DNA of 33,399 bases, from contig CAYYFD010000002.1 in assembly GCA_964471125.1 (NCBI GenBank), positions 1-33,399 on the forward strand. Direction: 5' to 3'. Both the position numbers and the translations under genes were made by a program. The notes beneath the pieces were generated by a model, which searched no databases, was not told the DNA's origin, and was given only the letters and a program-made list of their open reading frames with translations. This stretch comes from an uncultured Candidatus Peribacteria bacterium (GTDB lineage Bacteria; Patescibacteriota; Gracilibacteria; Peribacterales; Peribacteraceae). Below are positions 17,127 through 26,191 of this stretch, in pieces; positions within the stretch are counted from its first letter, which is position 1; each line of letters starts with the position of its first letter.

Positions 17127-17876
17127 ATGTCTTTCCTTTCCATCTCCAATCTCCATGTCTCGGTAGATACCAAGGAGATCATCCGTGGTATTGATCTGGA
17201 TCTCCCCGAAGGGGAAGTCCATGCCATCATGGGGCCCAATGGATCGGGGAAATCGACGCTGGTGAATGCGCTTGCAGGTCATCCCAAATATACTGTCACC
17301 TCCGGATCAGCACAGTTTCAGGGTAAGGATCTTCTGGCGATGGAGCCGCATGCGCGGGCCAAAGCAGGGATGTTTCTGGCGATGCAATATCCAAAGGAGA
17401 TCGCCGGTGTGACACTACGCAGCTTTCTTTTTGCCGCATACAAGGCGCAAATGATTGCGCGGGATCCGGCTTTCAAGAGTGTGTCCCCGGTGAAGTTTAA
17501 GACGATGCTCGAGGCGCACATGAAGCAACTGCATATGGATCCGGCGTTTGCGGAGCGGTCCGTGAACAAGGGTTTTTCCGGCGGTGAAAAGAAAAAAGCA
17601 GAGGTGTTGCAGATGAGCATCCTTCAGCCATGTCTCGCGCTGCTCGATGAAACGGATTCCGGACTGGATGTTGATGCACTGAAGATTGTTGCCGAGGGAG
17701 TGCAAGCAATGCGAACGCCCCTTTTCTCTGCCCTGATTGTCACGCACTATGCCCGCATCCTTGAGTACATCATTCCCGATCGAGTGCATGTCATGATTTC
17801 AGGGAAAATTGTGGAAAGCGGCGGGGCAGATCTGGCGAAAACACTGGAGAAGGAGGGGTATCGCAAATATGAGTGA
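17127..17876 (+). CDS. sufC: Fe-S cluster assembly ATPase SufC
   Basis: Walker A GPNGSGKST, ABC signature FSGGEKKK, Walker B ALLDETDSGLD, and an H-loop THY. Confidence 0.93.
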   Translation: MSFLSISNLHVSVDTKEIIRGIDLDLPEGEVHAIMGPNGSGKSTLVNALAGHPKYTVTSGSAQFQGKDLLAMEPHARAKAGMFLAMQYPKEIAGVTLRSFLFAAYKAQMIARDPAFKSVSPVKFKTMLEAHMKQLHMDPAFAERSVNKGFSGGEKKKAEVLQMSILQPCLALLDETDSGLDVDALKIVAEGVQAMRTPLFSALIVTHYARILEYIIPDRVHVMISGKIVESGGADLAKTLEKEGYRKYE

Positions 17877-17927
17877 TCCCCGTGCGTCAGATTTGTATTT
17901 GCCGATAGAAATAGTAGAATTTTGGAA

Positions 17928-18362
17928 ATGAGCCAAAGCACGTCTGCGTCCATGGAACCAGGACCTTCGGGTGCACGAGACGACATTGTGATACGTTCGT
18001 GGGTTCTTTCTTATGAAGATGATATCAGGACGAAATTGACAGGTGAGGATCCTAAATTGATTGAAGGATTCATCCGTTCCATCGAGCAAACGCGGTCAGA
18101 AATTGCCTCTTCGGATGCTCTCGCCGAGGCCCACAGAGCATTGGAGACGACGATGAAATATTCCGACGCAGAGTTGCGCGGGATGTTCGCAGAGTTTTGC
18201 AAGGATGTGGGTCTCCATGGAATGCAGGAAGTGTTACAACGGTTTGCCCGCGATAGCAGGAGTGGTTCATACACCGTGACATTGCCAGTAATGATGCACG
18301 AGGTCAGGGGTGCTTATACGAATACACTTGGCTATGAGACGGATGGCGCTGATGATTTGTAA
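17928..18362 (+). CDS. hypothetical protein (144 aa)
   Basis: ORF between sufC and the SIMPL gene. I prefer the ATG at 17928 over the TTG at 17922. TTGTAT-16-TAGAAT lies just upstream. Confidence 0.5.
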   Translation: MSQSTSASMEPGPSGARDDIVIRSWVLSYEDDIRTKLTGEDPKLIEGFIRSIEQTRSEIASSDALAEAHRALETTMKYSDAELRGMFAEFCKDVGLHGMQEVLQRFARDSRSGSYTVTLPVMMHEVRGAYTNTLGYETDGADDL

Positions 18363-18420
18363 GAGTCATCGCCTTCATCCGTCTTAGTGTAAAATACTTC
18401 CACTTTCCCCCTTATTTTGT

Positions 18421-19179
18421 ATGGACGAACATCTTCTCAAAATCCGCCCGCCTGTGTGGCTACCTCTTCTGGTAGTTCTCATTGCCGGCAGTAGTTACAT
18501 TGCTGGAAAACACGTTGAAGTAAGCGGCTATCAGCCCGTGACTATCTCTGTAAATGGTGAGGGTAAGGTCACAGCCGTTCCGGATATCGCAGAGCTTTCT
18601 TTCGGTGTGCAGACCGGCCCGCAGCCGACGGCCAAGGCTGCCATGGAGAAACTCCAGAAATCCATGAATGCTGCTTTTGAAGCCGTGAAGGCTCTTGGGA
18701 TCGAAGAGAAAGACATCTCCGTGCAGTCGCTCTGGCTGAACCCCAGTTACGACTGGAACAATGGCAAGCAGACCCTGAGAGGTTACGAAGCTAACCAATC
18801 ACTGAGCGTCAAAGTCCGCGATCTCGACAAGGTCAGTGATGTGCTGAGCGCCGCGACGAATGCCGGAGCCAATCAGGCAGGCGGCGTAACATTCACTATC
18901 GACGATCCGGAGATTCTTCGGGCCGATGCGCGCAAGAAGGCGATAGCCAATGCGCAGGAAAAGGCCGAGCAGCTCGCCGAGCAACTTGGCGTTGAGCTCG
19001 GTGATCTCAAGGGATTCTCCGAGGGCGGTGGCGGTTACCAGCCTCCGATGCCGTACATGGCCAAGACTGCAATGATGGAAAGTGTGGGCGGCGGTATGGC
19101 TGATGCCAGTGTGCCTCTTCCTGCAGGCGAACAGGAGGTTATGGTGAATGTGAGCATGACCTACGAGGTGGAGGATTAA
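18421..19179 (+). CDS. SIMPL/DUF541-family periplasmic protein
   Basis: N-terminal TM/signal helix. ISVNGEGKVTAVPDIAELSFGVQT and the ending ...VMVNVSMTYEV follow the SIMPL (26-kDa periplasmic immunogenic protein) pattern. Confidence 0.72.
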   Translation: MDEHLLKIRPPVWLPLLVVLIAGSSYIAGKHVEVSGYQPVTISVNGEGKVTAVPDIAELSFGVQTGPQPTAKAAMEKLQKSMNAAFEAVKALGIEEKDISVQSLWLNPSYDWNNGKQTLRGYEANQSLSVKVRDLDKVSDVLSAATNAGANQAGGVTFTIDDPEILRADARKKAIANAQEKAEQLAEQLGVELGDLKGFSEGGGGYQPPMPYMAKTAMMESVGGGMADASVPLPAGEQEVMVNVSMTYEVED

Positions 19180-19196
19180 TCAGAGAAATGGTTGTT

Positions 19197-19275
19197 TGTA
19201 GAGACGGCACTCTGTGCCGTCTTTTTTTGGTGATTTTTAATGTAGATGGAGACGGCACAGAGTGCCGTCTCTACA
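19197..19275. repeat. 26-bp perfect inverted repeat whose arms are each hairpins
   Basis: TGTAGAGACGGCACTCTGTGCCGTCT (19197-19222) is the exact reverse complement of 19250-19275. The spacer is 27 nt. The element lies between convergent genes. Confidence 0.9.
19201..19228 (+). terminator. rho-independent terminator of the SIMPL gene
   Basis: GAGACGGCAC-TCT-GTGCCGTCT stem-loop followed by a T7 run. Confidence 0.85.
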
Positions 19276-19281
19276 TCGTAT

Positions 19282-19701
19282 TCATAAATCCCACACATTC
19301 AATCCCGTCTCGTCATCCTTCACTCGTGTAATTTCCGTTTCCGTGGCATCGATGATTACCTCACATGTAACGCCGACGCGTGCGTTATGCAGATGTCCTG
19401 CGTACGCCTTGTACTCCGTATCACCGATGGTGATGTGGAGGTGAGCCCAAGGCTTGCCGTTCATAACTGAGACATTGCCAAGGAGTGCGGTGATCTCAAA
19501 TTCCCCCTCAAATGTTTTACTGAAGTATTCCTTCTTCTTCACATCGTAGTACCGGAGCGTGACGATGTCGGCTGCGCCGATAGCACTTATGGATCCCGCA
19601 CGGATATTTCTCTCTCGCACATAACTATTGATCTGTTCGCAGATTTCCTCGCCACGTTTGAGGACAAGAAAGTGCCGGGAACCAACGGTACGGGAGTTCA
19701 T
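19282..19701 (-). CDS. PPC (DUF296) domain protein
   Basis: HFLVLKRGEEI...SAIGA...GNVS...GKPWAHLHITIGD...AGHL follows the PPC/DUF296 pattern. Confidence 0.72.
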   Translation of the reverse strand: MNSRTVGSRHFLVLKRGEEICEQINSYVRERNIRAGSISAIGAADIVTLRYYDVKKKEYFSKTFEGEFEITALLGNVSVMNGKPWAHLHITIGDTEYKAYAGHLHNARVGVTCEVIIDATETEITRVKDDETGLNVWDL

Positions 19702-19786
19702 AGGAGAATGTTATGGGTTTTGTTCCAAAATTTGCAAAGTTTTTCTATTGCGGTCTTGTATTACTTTTGTAGAGTGTGCGCCTTAT

Positions 19787-20266
19787 ATGCCATACGAATT
19801 CATTCGCATTGTCGATACCGAAGATGATGATCTCGTCCAAACCATCCTCTGGCGTGAGGAGAATGAAAGCCGTGATGAGGCTATAGGGAGGAGCTTTGGG
19901 GATTCATACAAGCTTCTTTTTGGCTTACAACTTCCTGCATGCATTGAGACCGTGCTTATAGAATCCGAAGAAACGGGACATGTTGCTGCATCTTGCCACG
20001 AAGAGTTATGCGAGATCGTTGGACGCTGTAGAGAAGTCGTTGCGATAGTGCTGGAGCAGCTCAGACGCGGTAGCATCGTTTGTTGGGAGCCGGTGGCATC
20101 GTATGGGAATCCTCGATCTGCAGAAGAAGATTTAGGGGAAGCACATGATGGATTTAGTGGAGGAATGCCGGTTTTCCATGATGAAATTCGCAGACTGATC
20201 GCAGATTTACTTGCTGAGGAACTGCATACACTGGATCTTCAATGTCTCGCGGCACCTATGAACTAA
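19787..20266 (+). CDS. hypothetical acidic protein (159 aa)
   Basis: In-frame ATG at 19787 within track ORF 19628..20266. The upstream part overlaps the PPC gene. No motif recognised. Confidence 0.45.
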   Translation: MPYEFIRIVDTEDDDLVQTILWREENESRDEAIGRSFGDSYKLLFGLQLPACIETVLIESEETGHVAASCHEELCEIVGRCREVVAIVLEQLRRGSIVCWEPVASYGNPRSAEEDLGEAHDGFSGGMPVFHDEIRRLIADLLAEELHTLDLQCLAAPMN

Positions 20267-20316
20267 TAGCATGTAGTTTTTGCATTATGCATGACAGAGA
20301 AGCGTATAATTTCTCT

Positions 20317-21720
20317 ATGAGTGACGGTGCAATTTTCGCAGGTCTCAATCGCTCCGTCTTCGACGACGCAAACCCTTCTCCGTACACAGTAGGATTAAAA
20401 AAAGGAGTGGATGAAGAGCTGGTCCGTGCAATCAGTGCGGACAAAAAAGAGCCTGCATGGATGCTGGAGCATCGTCTGGGGAGTCTGAAGATCTTTCAGG
20501 ACAAACCGATGCCGACATGGGGAGCCGACCTTTCCACGCTAGATCTCGATAATATTATTTATTACGCAAAGGAGGGTGCAAAGGAAACAGATAACTGGGA
20601 AGAGGTGCCGGCGGATATCCGCCGTGTCTACGACCGCCTCGGTATCCCTGAAGCTGAGCGCAGGATGCTTGCCGGAGTCGGTGCGCAGTACGAGAGCGAG
20701 ATGATTTACCACAAACTCAAAGAGGAGTGGGGGGCCCTTGGCGTAATTTTTTTGGATATGGATGATGCACTTGAGCAACATCCAGACTTGGTGCAGCAAT
20801 ATTTTATGAAGTGCGTTCCCGCATCCGATCACAAGTTTTCCGCTCTGCATGGGGCTGTATGGAGTGGTGGGACATTCCTCTATGTTCCGAAGGGCGTGCA
20901 TATTCGCGATCCGCTACAGGCGTACTTCCGTATGAACGCAAAAAATATGGGACAGTTTGAGCACACGCTGATTATTGTGGAAGACGGCGCATCTGCGCAT
21001 TATATCGAGGGCTGCTCGGCTCCCAAGTACGGGTCACAGGGGCTGCATGCAGGGCTCGTAGAGATTTTTGTAAAACTCGGAGCGAAGTTTCGATACTCGA
21101 GTGTGGAGAATTGGAGTCGCGATACGTATAACCTGAATACCAAACGCGCCATTATCGAGCGTGATGGCATCATGGAGTGGGTGGGGGGCAATATGGGTTC
21201 CGGTGTCACGATGCTTTACCCGTGCTCGGTACTCGCTGGCGAAGGTGCACGGTGCGATCACCTAGCGATTGCGTTTGCAAACAAGGGGCAGTGGCAGGAC
21301 ACAGGCGCAAAGGTCATCCATGCGGCGCCGCATACGAGCAGTACGGTGATCAGTAAGAGCATTAGTAAAGATGGAGGAGTGGCGGTGTACAGGGGGCTCC
21401 TCAAAATCGCTCCCCATGCCCATGACTGCACGGCAAGCGTGGAGTGCGATGCACTCCTGCTCGATGAAATATCGCGCACGGACACCATCCCCGATATGCA
21501 GATCCGCAATAACGATGTGACCATCGCGCACGAAGCGACAGTAGGAAAGCTCAGCGAAGAAGATGTTTTCTACCTGATGTCGCGTGGCATTGCCGAGGAA
21601 CAAGCAAGAGCGATGATTGTGAATGGCTTTATTGAGCCGATTGTGCGGTCTTTACCGCTGGAATATGCAGTGGAGATGAATCGGCTTATTGAATTGGAAA
21701 TGGAGGGAAGTGTGGGATAA
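20317..21720 (+). CDS. sufB: Fe-S cluster assembly scaffold SufB
   Basis: Strong SufB-like sequence (e.g. GTFLYVPKGV, HTLIIVEDGASAHYIEGC, HEATVGKLSEEDVFYLMSRGI). I chose the ATG at 20317 (MSDGAIF...), which has TATAAT 6 nt upstream. Confidence 0.93.
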   Translation: MSDGAIFAGLNRSVFDDANPSPYTVGLKKGVDEELVRAISADKKEPAWMLEHRLGSLKIFQDKPMPTWGADLSTLDLDNIIYYAKEGAKETDNWEEVPADIRRVYDRLGIPEAERRMLAGVGAQYESEMIYHKLKEEWGALGVIFLDMDDALEQHPDLVQQYFMKCVPASDHKFSALHGAVWSGGTFLYVPKGVHIRDPLQAYFRMNAKNMGQFEHTLIIVEDGASAHYIEGCSAPKYGSQGLHAGLVEIFVKLGAKFRYSSVENWSRDTYNLNTKRAIIERDGIMEWVGGNMGSGVTMLYPCSVLAGEGARCDHLAIAFANKGQWQDTGAKVIHAAPHTSSTVISKSISKDGGVAVYRGLLKIAPHAHDCTASVECDALLLDEISRTDTIPDMQIRNNDVTIAHEATVGKLSEEDVFYLMSRGIAEEQARAMIVNGFIEPIVRSLPLEYAVEMNRLIELEMEGSVG

Positions 21721-21771
21721 CTCCGCATAATTTCTTGCCATGTATTGTCTCGAGGGCATACTGCTTCTCCT

Positions 21772-22653
21772 ATGTCTTCTGCTGAATCCACTTCCGCCAA
21801 TGCCATTCCTGTCATCGAAGACGATGTTCTCGTAGAACATGTTCTTGGCATGGGCGTTATTCCCCAACTTCAAAGTGGTGACAGCTATGCATCGAATGCT
21901 ATCCCAGCCTTGGCGCGCCGCGCACTGACTAAGCATAATCTTCCAGCACCGCAGGACCATATACAGAGATTGGTTGATTCCGTTACGACATCCTTAATTG
22001 CAAGGGGCATCACGGTTCAAGCTTCTCGTTCCCTTACGCCCAATGGAGCTCCTCAGAGAGTACAAGCCCGATGGAGAAAAACTCTACAAAATCTTTCTAC
22101 TCTTATAGATACAGAACAAGCCATTGTAGAAGAGATTGCTGCAGCTGCGGTTGAAGCAATGCATGGATCACCTCGCTCGCGCAGTAGTATTGAATCGGCT
22201 ACACACCTTCGTCTTAGTGAACGTATGGATATATCGATGTCTCGGATGCGTGTGATGACGGAATCCGTCATAGCACGTATAGAGGCATTGATGGGGCAGC
22301 AGAATGTGGATCCTACTACTCAACATAACGATGCAGCTGAGAATGCGGATGGAGATATTGTAGACGCTGCAAATGCAGATTATGCCGATAGTGATCCGGA
22401 GGCTGACTTGCAGGATCTGACAAAAAAAGGTGTTGATCCCAGTAAGCCCAGCAAGGCAAAGCCCGGGTCGGAAGAAAGAATATTACACATTGCTGCGTGC
22501 TATGCAGCCGGGAAGCCGCTCTGGAAGCCCGGTGATGAAAATGAAATGACGTCACCTCAAGATGAAGAGCAATCGCGCAGGGCTCGCGTTGAGGCAAGTA
22601 AACAGGCGACTGATCGCGTTCGTGCGGATCTTGCAGCACTCAAAGAATATTAA
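21772..22653 (+). CDS. hypothetical low-complexity/acidic protein (293 aa from ATG 21772)
   Basis: ORF inserted between sufB and sufD. The track start at 21745 is TTG. No motif recognised. Confidence 0.5.
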   Translation: MSSAESTSANAIPVIEDDVLVEHVLGMGVIPQLQSGDSYASNAIPALARRALTKHNLPAPQDHIQRLVDSVTTSLIARGITVQASRSLTPNGAPQRVQARWRKTLQNLSTLIDTEQAIVEEIAAAAVEAMHGSPRSRSSIESATHLRLSERMDISMSRMRVMTESVIARIEALMGQQNVDPTTQHNDAAENADGDIVDAANADYADSDPEADLQDLTKKGVDPSKPSKAKPGSEERILHIAACYAAGKPLWKPGDENEMTSPQDEEQSRRARVEASKQATDRVRADLAALKEY

Positions 22654-22671
22654 GCTCTATACTGCCGGAGC

Positions 22672-23388
22672 GTGGATCAATCCATCACCATTCCTGCAGG
22701 CGAACATCGTAAAGATCCGGTTATTTTTCGTGTACAAGAATCTACTGCAGTTCGCGTACAACTGGAGCAGGGTGCACGTACGATTGTTGTGTGTCTGTGC
22801 ATTTCCGCTCGTGAGAAAATTATTCTTGAGCAAAAAGCAGAGGTTGCTGCAGGCGCACATCTGCACTGGATCAATATCACCGTCGGCGATGGCATCGAGC
22901 AGTCGCTCGTTGCAACATGCATAGGTGACGGCGCAGTGAGTGCTATCGATTGGGTGTTTCGTGCGGGGAACAAAGATCGGCAGAAGCTCAGTGTACGCAA
23001 TGTTTTTGCGTCCTCACATGGAGCAGGGGAGATCACGATGAAAGGAGTTGCAGAAGACTCCGCTCACGTCGGTGCCTCCGGCATGATCGAGATTGGGCTA
23101 CAGGGTGGCGGTACGCATACCTACCTCACACAGAACGTCCTCATGCTCGACCCCACCGCAAAAGTAGATGCCATTCCTGGACTGGAGATCAAAACAAACG
23201 ACGTGAAAGCGAGCCACTCGGCAACCGTGTCGCGCGTCACTTCAGAAGATCTTTTTTATTTCGCTGCGCGGGGCATTGCAGAGTCCGAAGCACGGACGAT
23301 GTACATCGAGGGATTTCTCGGAGAGATTGTGGATAAAATTGAAGATAGCGCGCTGCAGGAGGAGATGAAACAGGCCTTGTTTGCCTGA
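22672..23388 (+). CDS. sufD: Fe-S cluster assembly protein SufD (short form)
   Basis: C-terminal SufBD motif IPGLEIKTNDVKASHSATVSRVTSEDLFYFAARGI. GTG start. Only 238 aa. Confidence 0.8.
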   Translation: MDQSITIPAGEHRKDPVIFRVQESTAVRVQLEQGARTIVVCLCISAREKIILEQKAEVAAGAHLHWINITVGDGIEQSLVATCIGDGAVSAIDWVFRAGNKDRQKLSVRNVFASSHGAGEITMKGVAEDSAHVGASGMIEIGLQGGGTHTYLTQNVLMLDPTAKVDAIPGLEIKTNDVKASHSATVSRVTSEDLFYFAARGIAESEARTMYIEGFLGEIVDKIEDSALQEEMKQALFA

Positions 23389-23442
23389 GGGGAGAAAAGC
23401 GCTATAGCGCTCTGAATTGGTATATTGAATGTGTATAGATGA

Positions 23443-23470
23443 TTGCAAATATCTAAAAATATACTATAAT
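23443..23470 (+). promoter_or_regulatory. sigma-70-like promoter TTGCAA-16-TATAAT
   Basis: TTGCAA at 23443-23448 and TATAAT at 23465-23470. It lies about 150 nt upstream of the 431-aa gene. Confidence 0.6.
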
Positions 23471-23620
23471 ATTTCCTCTCTCATTTTTTGGGAGAGATGA
23501 TCATTTTCTCTACTGCGATCATTCAGTCCTGCCATGTTTTCTTGTTGAAATCAGGGCCGGGCTGAATGTGTAGGTCCTACTTTTTTTCTCACATGCACTG
23601 GGTGCAGAAATGGAGGTGCC

Positions 23621-24916
23621 ATGTCGCGTTATTCATTGCGGCATGACCGGTATTCCGACAAGGACATGGAGATGATTCTGAGGATGTGCGCCGGTTCGTT
23701 GCTCGTTGCAGCAGGCTTTGGAGGGTGGATGATCCACCAGGGCATCTTCGGAAAACTCTGGGCGATTGCCTGGGGTGGTTTTCCCATCTGGGTGATTTTC
23801 ACACTAGTGGGAGGCTTCGGCTTGATATGGAAACTCAAGCATGAAGAGTTCTCGTGGGGAGAGTTTGCTTCCTTGGGTTTCCTGGTGCCACTTCTCAGTA
23901 CGCCGTTTGTCATGGGTGGCTACTACTTCACGACAGATCTCCGCGACACGGAGATTTGGAATGGGTACGTTACCCGCGCGGAGTACGAGGAGGAGTACAC
24001 CACAGAGACCACATCGACGGACGATGATGGAGATACCACGACGAGTACGACGTATCATCCGCCAGAGTGGTGGATCTATACGTCCAATCAGATGGGTCTC
24101 GGGCCTGAGCGAGTGCGAACGGACTCTGTCGTTTTCGATCGCTATGCGCAACTCTTCGGCAACAAGCGGGAGGAAGACAAGTATCACCCTGACCAGAGCA
24201 GCATCGGTGACGGTGATGTGTGGATTACGGATTTCGACGGGCTTCCTGCCCATCAGATCCCGACTGCCGTGGAACACGAGTTTGTGAATTACGTCAAAGC
24301 GACGGATAACATTCTCAAGGTCCACGGGGCACTCTCCGGGTACGAGCAGTATTTGCTGCCCTACCCCCACGTCCATGCCGGTCCTCATGGTGAGATCGAA
24401 TTCGATCGCATCGTTAATCCGGGCGTGAATGTCCCGACAACATGGTCAACGGAAGTCGACCAGAAGCTGGATCGCGTACTGATGAACATGGGCCAGCGCA
24501 AGCAGGTCAATGTTATCGTGTACTTCGCTCCGGCCAATCAAGGTTTCTTCCAAGCTCTGCAAGAGTCGTGGTGTCTGGGTAAAAAGAACGATGTCATCGT
24601 GGTCATCGGCATGAAACAATGGCCGACTGTCGATTGGGTTCAGGTTATGGCCTGGACTGACCACAAAATCTTTGTCGAAGAACTCAAGGATCATGTTCTT
24701 ACGATGGGCCCTCTGGAAGGAAAGGCAGAGGAATTCGTCACAGGTGTCGTTGGTTGTATCGATGGTACGAAGGGTGAGGGGTATGAACGCAAACCCATGT
24801 CGGATTACGACTACTTGGTCGCCGATATCGGTCTGCCCTGGTGGGCTGACTTCGGAGTTGCGGTCATCGGTTCCATATTGATTCTGCCGTTTATCGGCTT
24901 GTTTATCCGCAACTGA
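23621..24916 (+). CDS. hypothetical polytopic membrane protein (431 aa)
   Basis: GGAGG lies 4 nt upstream. There are three N-terminal TM helices and one C-terminal TM helix flanking a roughly 300-aa soluble region with an acidic Thr-rich stretch (EEEYTTETTSTDDDGDTTTSTTY). Confidence 0.75.
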   Translation: MSRYSLRHDRYSDKDMEMILRMCAGSLLVAAGFGGWMIHQGIFGKLWAIAWGGFPIWVIFTLVGGFGLIWKLKHEEFSWGEFASLGFLVPLLSTPFVMGGYYFTTDLRDTEIWNGYVTRAEYEEEYTTETTSTDDDGDTTTSTTYHPPEWWIYTSNQMGLGPERVRTDSVVFDRYAQLFGNKREEDKYHPDQSSIGDGDVWITDFDGLPAHQIPTAVEHEFVNYVKATDNILKVHGALSGYEQYLLPYPHVHAGPHGEIEFDRIVNPGVNVPTTWSTEVDQKLDRVLMNMGQRKQVNVIVYFAPANQGFFQALQESWCLGKKNDVIVVIGMKQWPTVDWVQVMAWTDHKIFVEELKDHVLTMGPLEGKAEEFVTGVVGCIDGTKGEGYERKPMSDYDYLVADIGLPWWADFGVAVIGSILILPFIGLFIRN

Positions 24917-24974
24917 TCGTTTCAGATGCGAATGGTGTCTCGTTTCACTTTAGTTCACTTTCAGGAGGCCAGTC

Positions 24975-25553
24975 ATGAAAAAGCTTTGGTTGATTCTCGG
25001 TGTGCTCGTTGTGGTCGCACTACTCGCTGCAATCTATGTCTTCGGAGTTCGCAATAGCTTCGTCTCACAGGAGGCCAAGATTGTTGCACTTCAAAAAAAG
25101 TGCCAGAACACCTTGTCGACAATGACCAATTCCCTGCGCAGTCAGGGTTTGGTGCAAGCAGAGTACAAAGACATGCTGCTCAAGGCTCTCGATAAGGTCA
25201 CGAGTGCTCGCAAACTCAGTGGCGCTTTGGCTGTTATGAACGCTATCAAGGAGGATAACCCGACCGTATCAGACGATATCCTCAAGAAGATTCAGAATGC
25301 CATCGAGGGGCATTACACAAAGTTCGAGTCGGATCAGAATACGAAGGTGGATGCCGTGCGCATCTTGCGTTCGCAGACCGATCCAGCCATGTTCCCACGG
25401 GGAGCCATTGCTCAGTTCTTCGGCTTCCCTCGTATTACCTTGGATGATTATGACCAGATCATTATGTCCGAGGAGGCATCCAAAGCCTTTGATACCGGAA
25501 AACTCGCACCGGTGAACCCATTCGGAGAAGAAAGTAAGGCCGAAAAGGAGTGA
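24975..25553 (+). CDS. membrane-anchored LemA-like protein (assignment tentative)
   Basis: AGGAGG lies 6 nt upstream. An N-terminal TM helix is followed by YVFGVRNSFVSQEAKIVALQKK..., which resembles the LemA N-terminal pattern (YNxLV...). Confidence 0.65.
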   Translation: MKKLWLILGVLVVVALLAAIYVFGVRNSFVSQEAKIVALQKKCQNTLSTMTNSLRSQGLVQAEYKDMLLKALDKVTSARKLSGALAVMNAIKEDNPTVSDDILKKIQNAIEGHYTKFESDQNTKVDAVRILRSQTDPAMFPRGAIAQFFGFPRITLDDYDQIIMSEEASKAFDTGKLAPVNPFGEESKAEKE

Positions 25554-25585
25554 TGCCAGTGGCATCGCTTCTACGCAGTAGAACA

Positions 25586-25618
25586 AGCGGGCGACCATCA
25601 GGTCGCTCGCTTTTCTTG
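25586..25618 (+). terminator. rho-independent terminator
   Basis: AGCGGGCGACC-ATCA-GGTCGCTCGCT (11-bp stem with one G-U pair) followed by TTTTCTT. Confidence 0.8.
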
Positions 25619-25643
25619 TATTACAATATCCCTTCATATATTC

Positions 25644-26081
25644 ATGTATCCTAAAACTATGTCCCCCTTACAGAAGAAGAACCACCCTTTCATCAAATTT
25701 GCCCGTTGGGTGGCGTACATCACCGGTCGACCTTTAACATTCCTTCTCGCGCTCTTGGTCATTGTCGTATGGCTCGCGACTGGGCCGTACTTTCACTTCA
25801 GCGATACGTGGCAGCTCGTGATCAATACTGGAACAACCATTATTACCTTTCTTATGGTCTTCCTCATTCAAAACACACAAAACCGCGACAGTGTTGCTCT
25901 TCAGGTGAAGATTGATGAGCTTCTCCGAACGAATGAAAAAGCCCACAATGCATTACTCGATCTTGAAGAACTGACAGAGGATGAGCTCCTTGTCTTCCGC
26001 GACCGTTACCAAAAGTTGGCGCAGGAAGCCCGCAAATCTTTGCAGAGAGGAGGGAGTGATACGGGGAGTCCAACGGTGTAG
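25644..26081 (+). CDS. low-affinity iron permease family protein
   Basis: FSDTWQLVINTGTTIITFLMVFLIQNTQNRDSVALQVKIDELL matches the conserved core of the bacterial low-affinity Fe permease (Fet4-like) family. Confidence 0.82.
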   Translation: MYPKTMSPLQKKNHPFIKFARWVAYITGRPLTFLLALLVIVVWLATGPYFHFSDTWQLVINTGTTIITFLMVFLIQNTQNRDSVALQVKIDELLRTNEKAHNALLDLEELTEDELLVFRDRYQKLAQEARKSLQRGGSDTGSPTV

Positions 26082-26091
26082 AAATAGCTGT

Positions 26092-26119
26092 TTGCTATTG
26101 TTATATTATGGTATATAAT
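26092..26119 (+). promoter_or_regulatory. sigma-70-like promoter TTGCTA-16-TATAAT
   Basis: TTGCTA at 26092-26097 and TATAAT at 26114-26119. Confidence 0.55.
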
Positions 26120-26191
26120 GATATTAGTGATCCTTCTCATAATCGGCGCGCGCTGAGTGGGGAGGTCATGTCTCAAACCTGAGGAGAGATC

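Noticed and set aside
20242-20316. Upstream start for sufB at 20242, overlapping the 159-aa ORF
   Set aside because: The SufB-like sequence starts near MSDGAIF (ATG 20317). The extension is Cys-rich, unconserved-looking, and overlaps the preceding ORF.
23398-23411. AGCGCTATAGCGCT palindrome after sufD as a terminator
   Set aside because: The effective stem is only about 5 bp and there is no T-run. It may still be a protein-binding site, but there is too little evidence.
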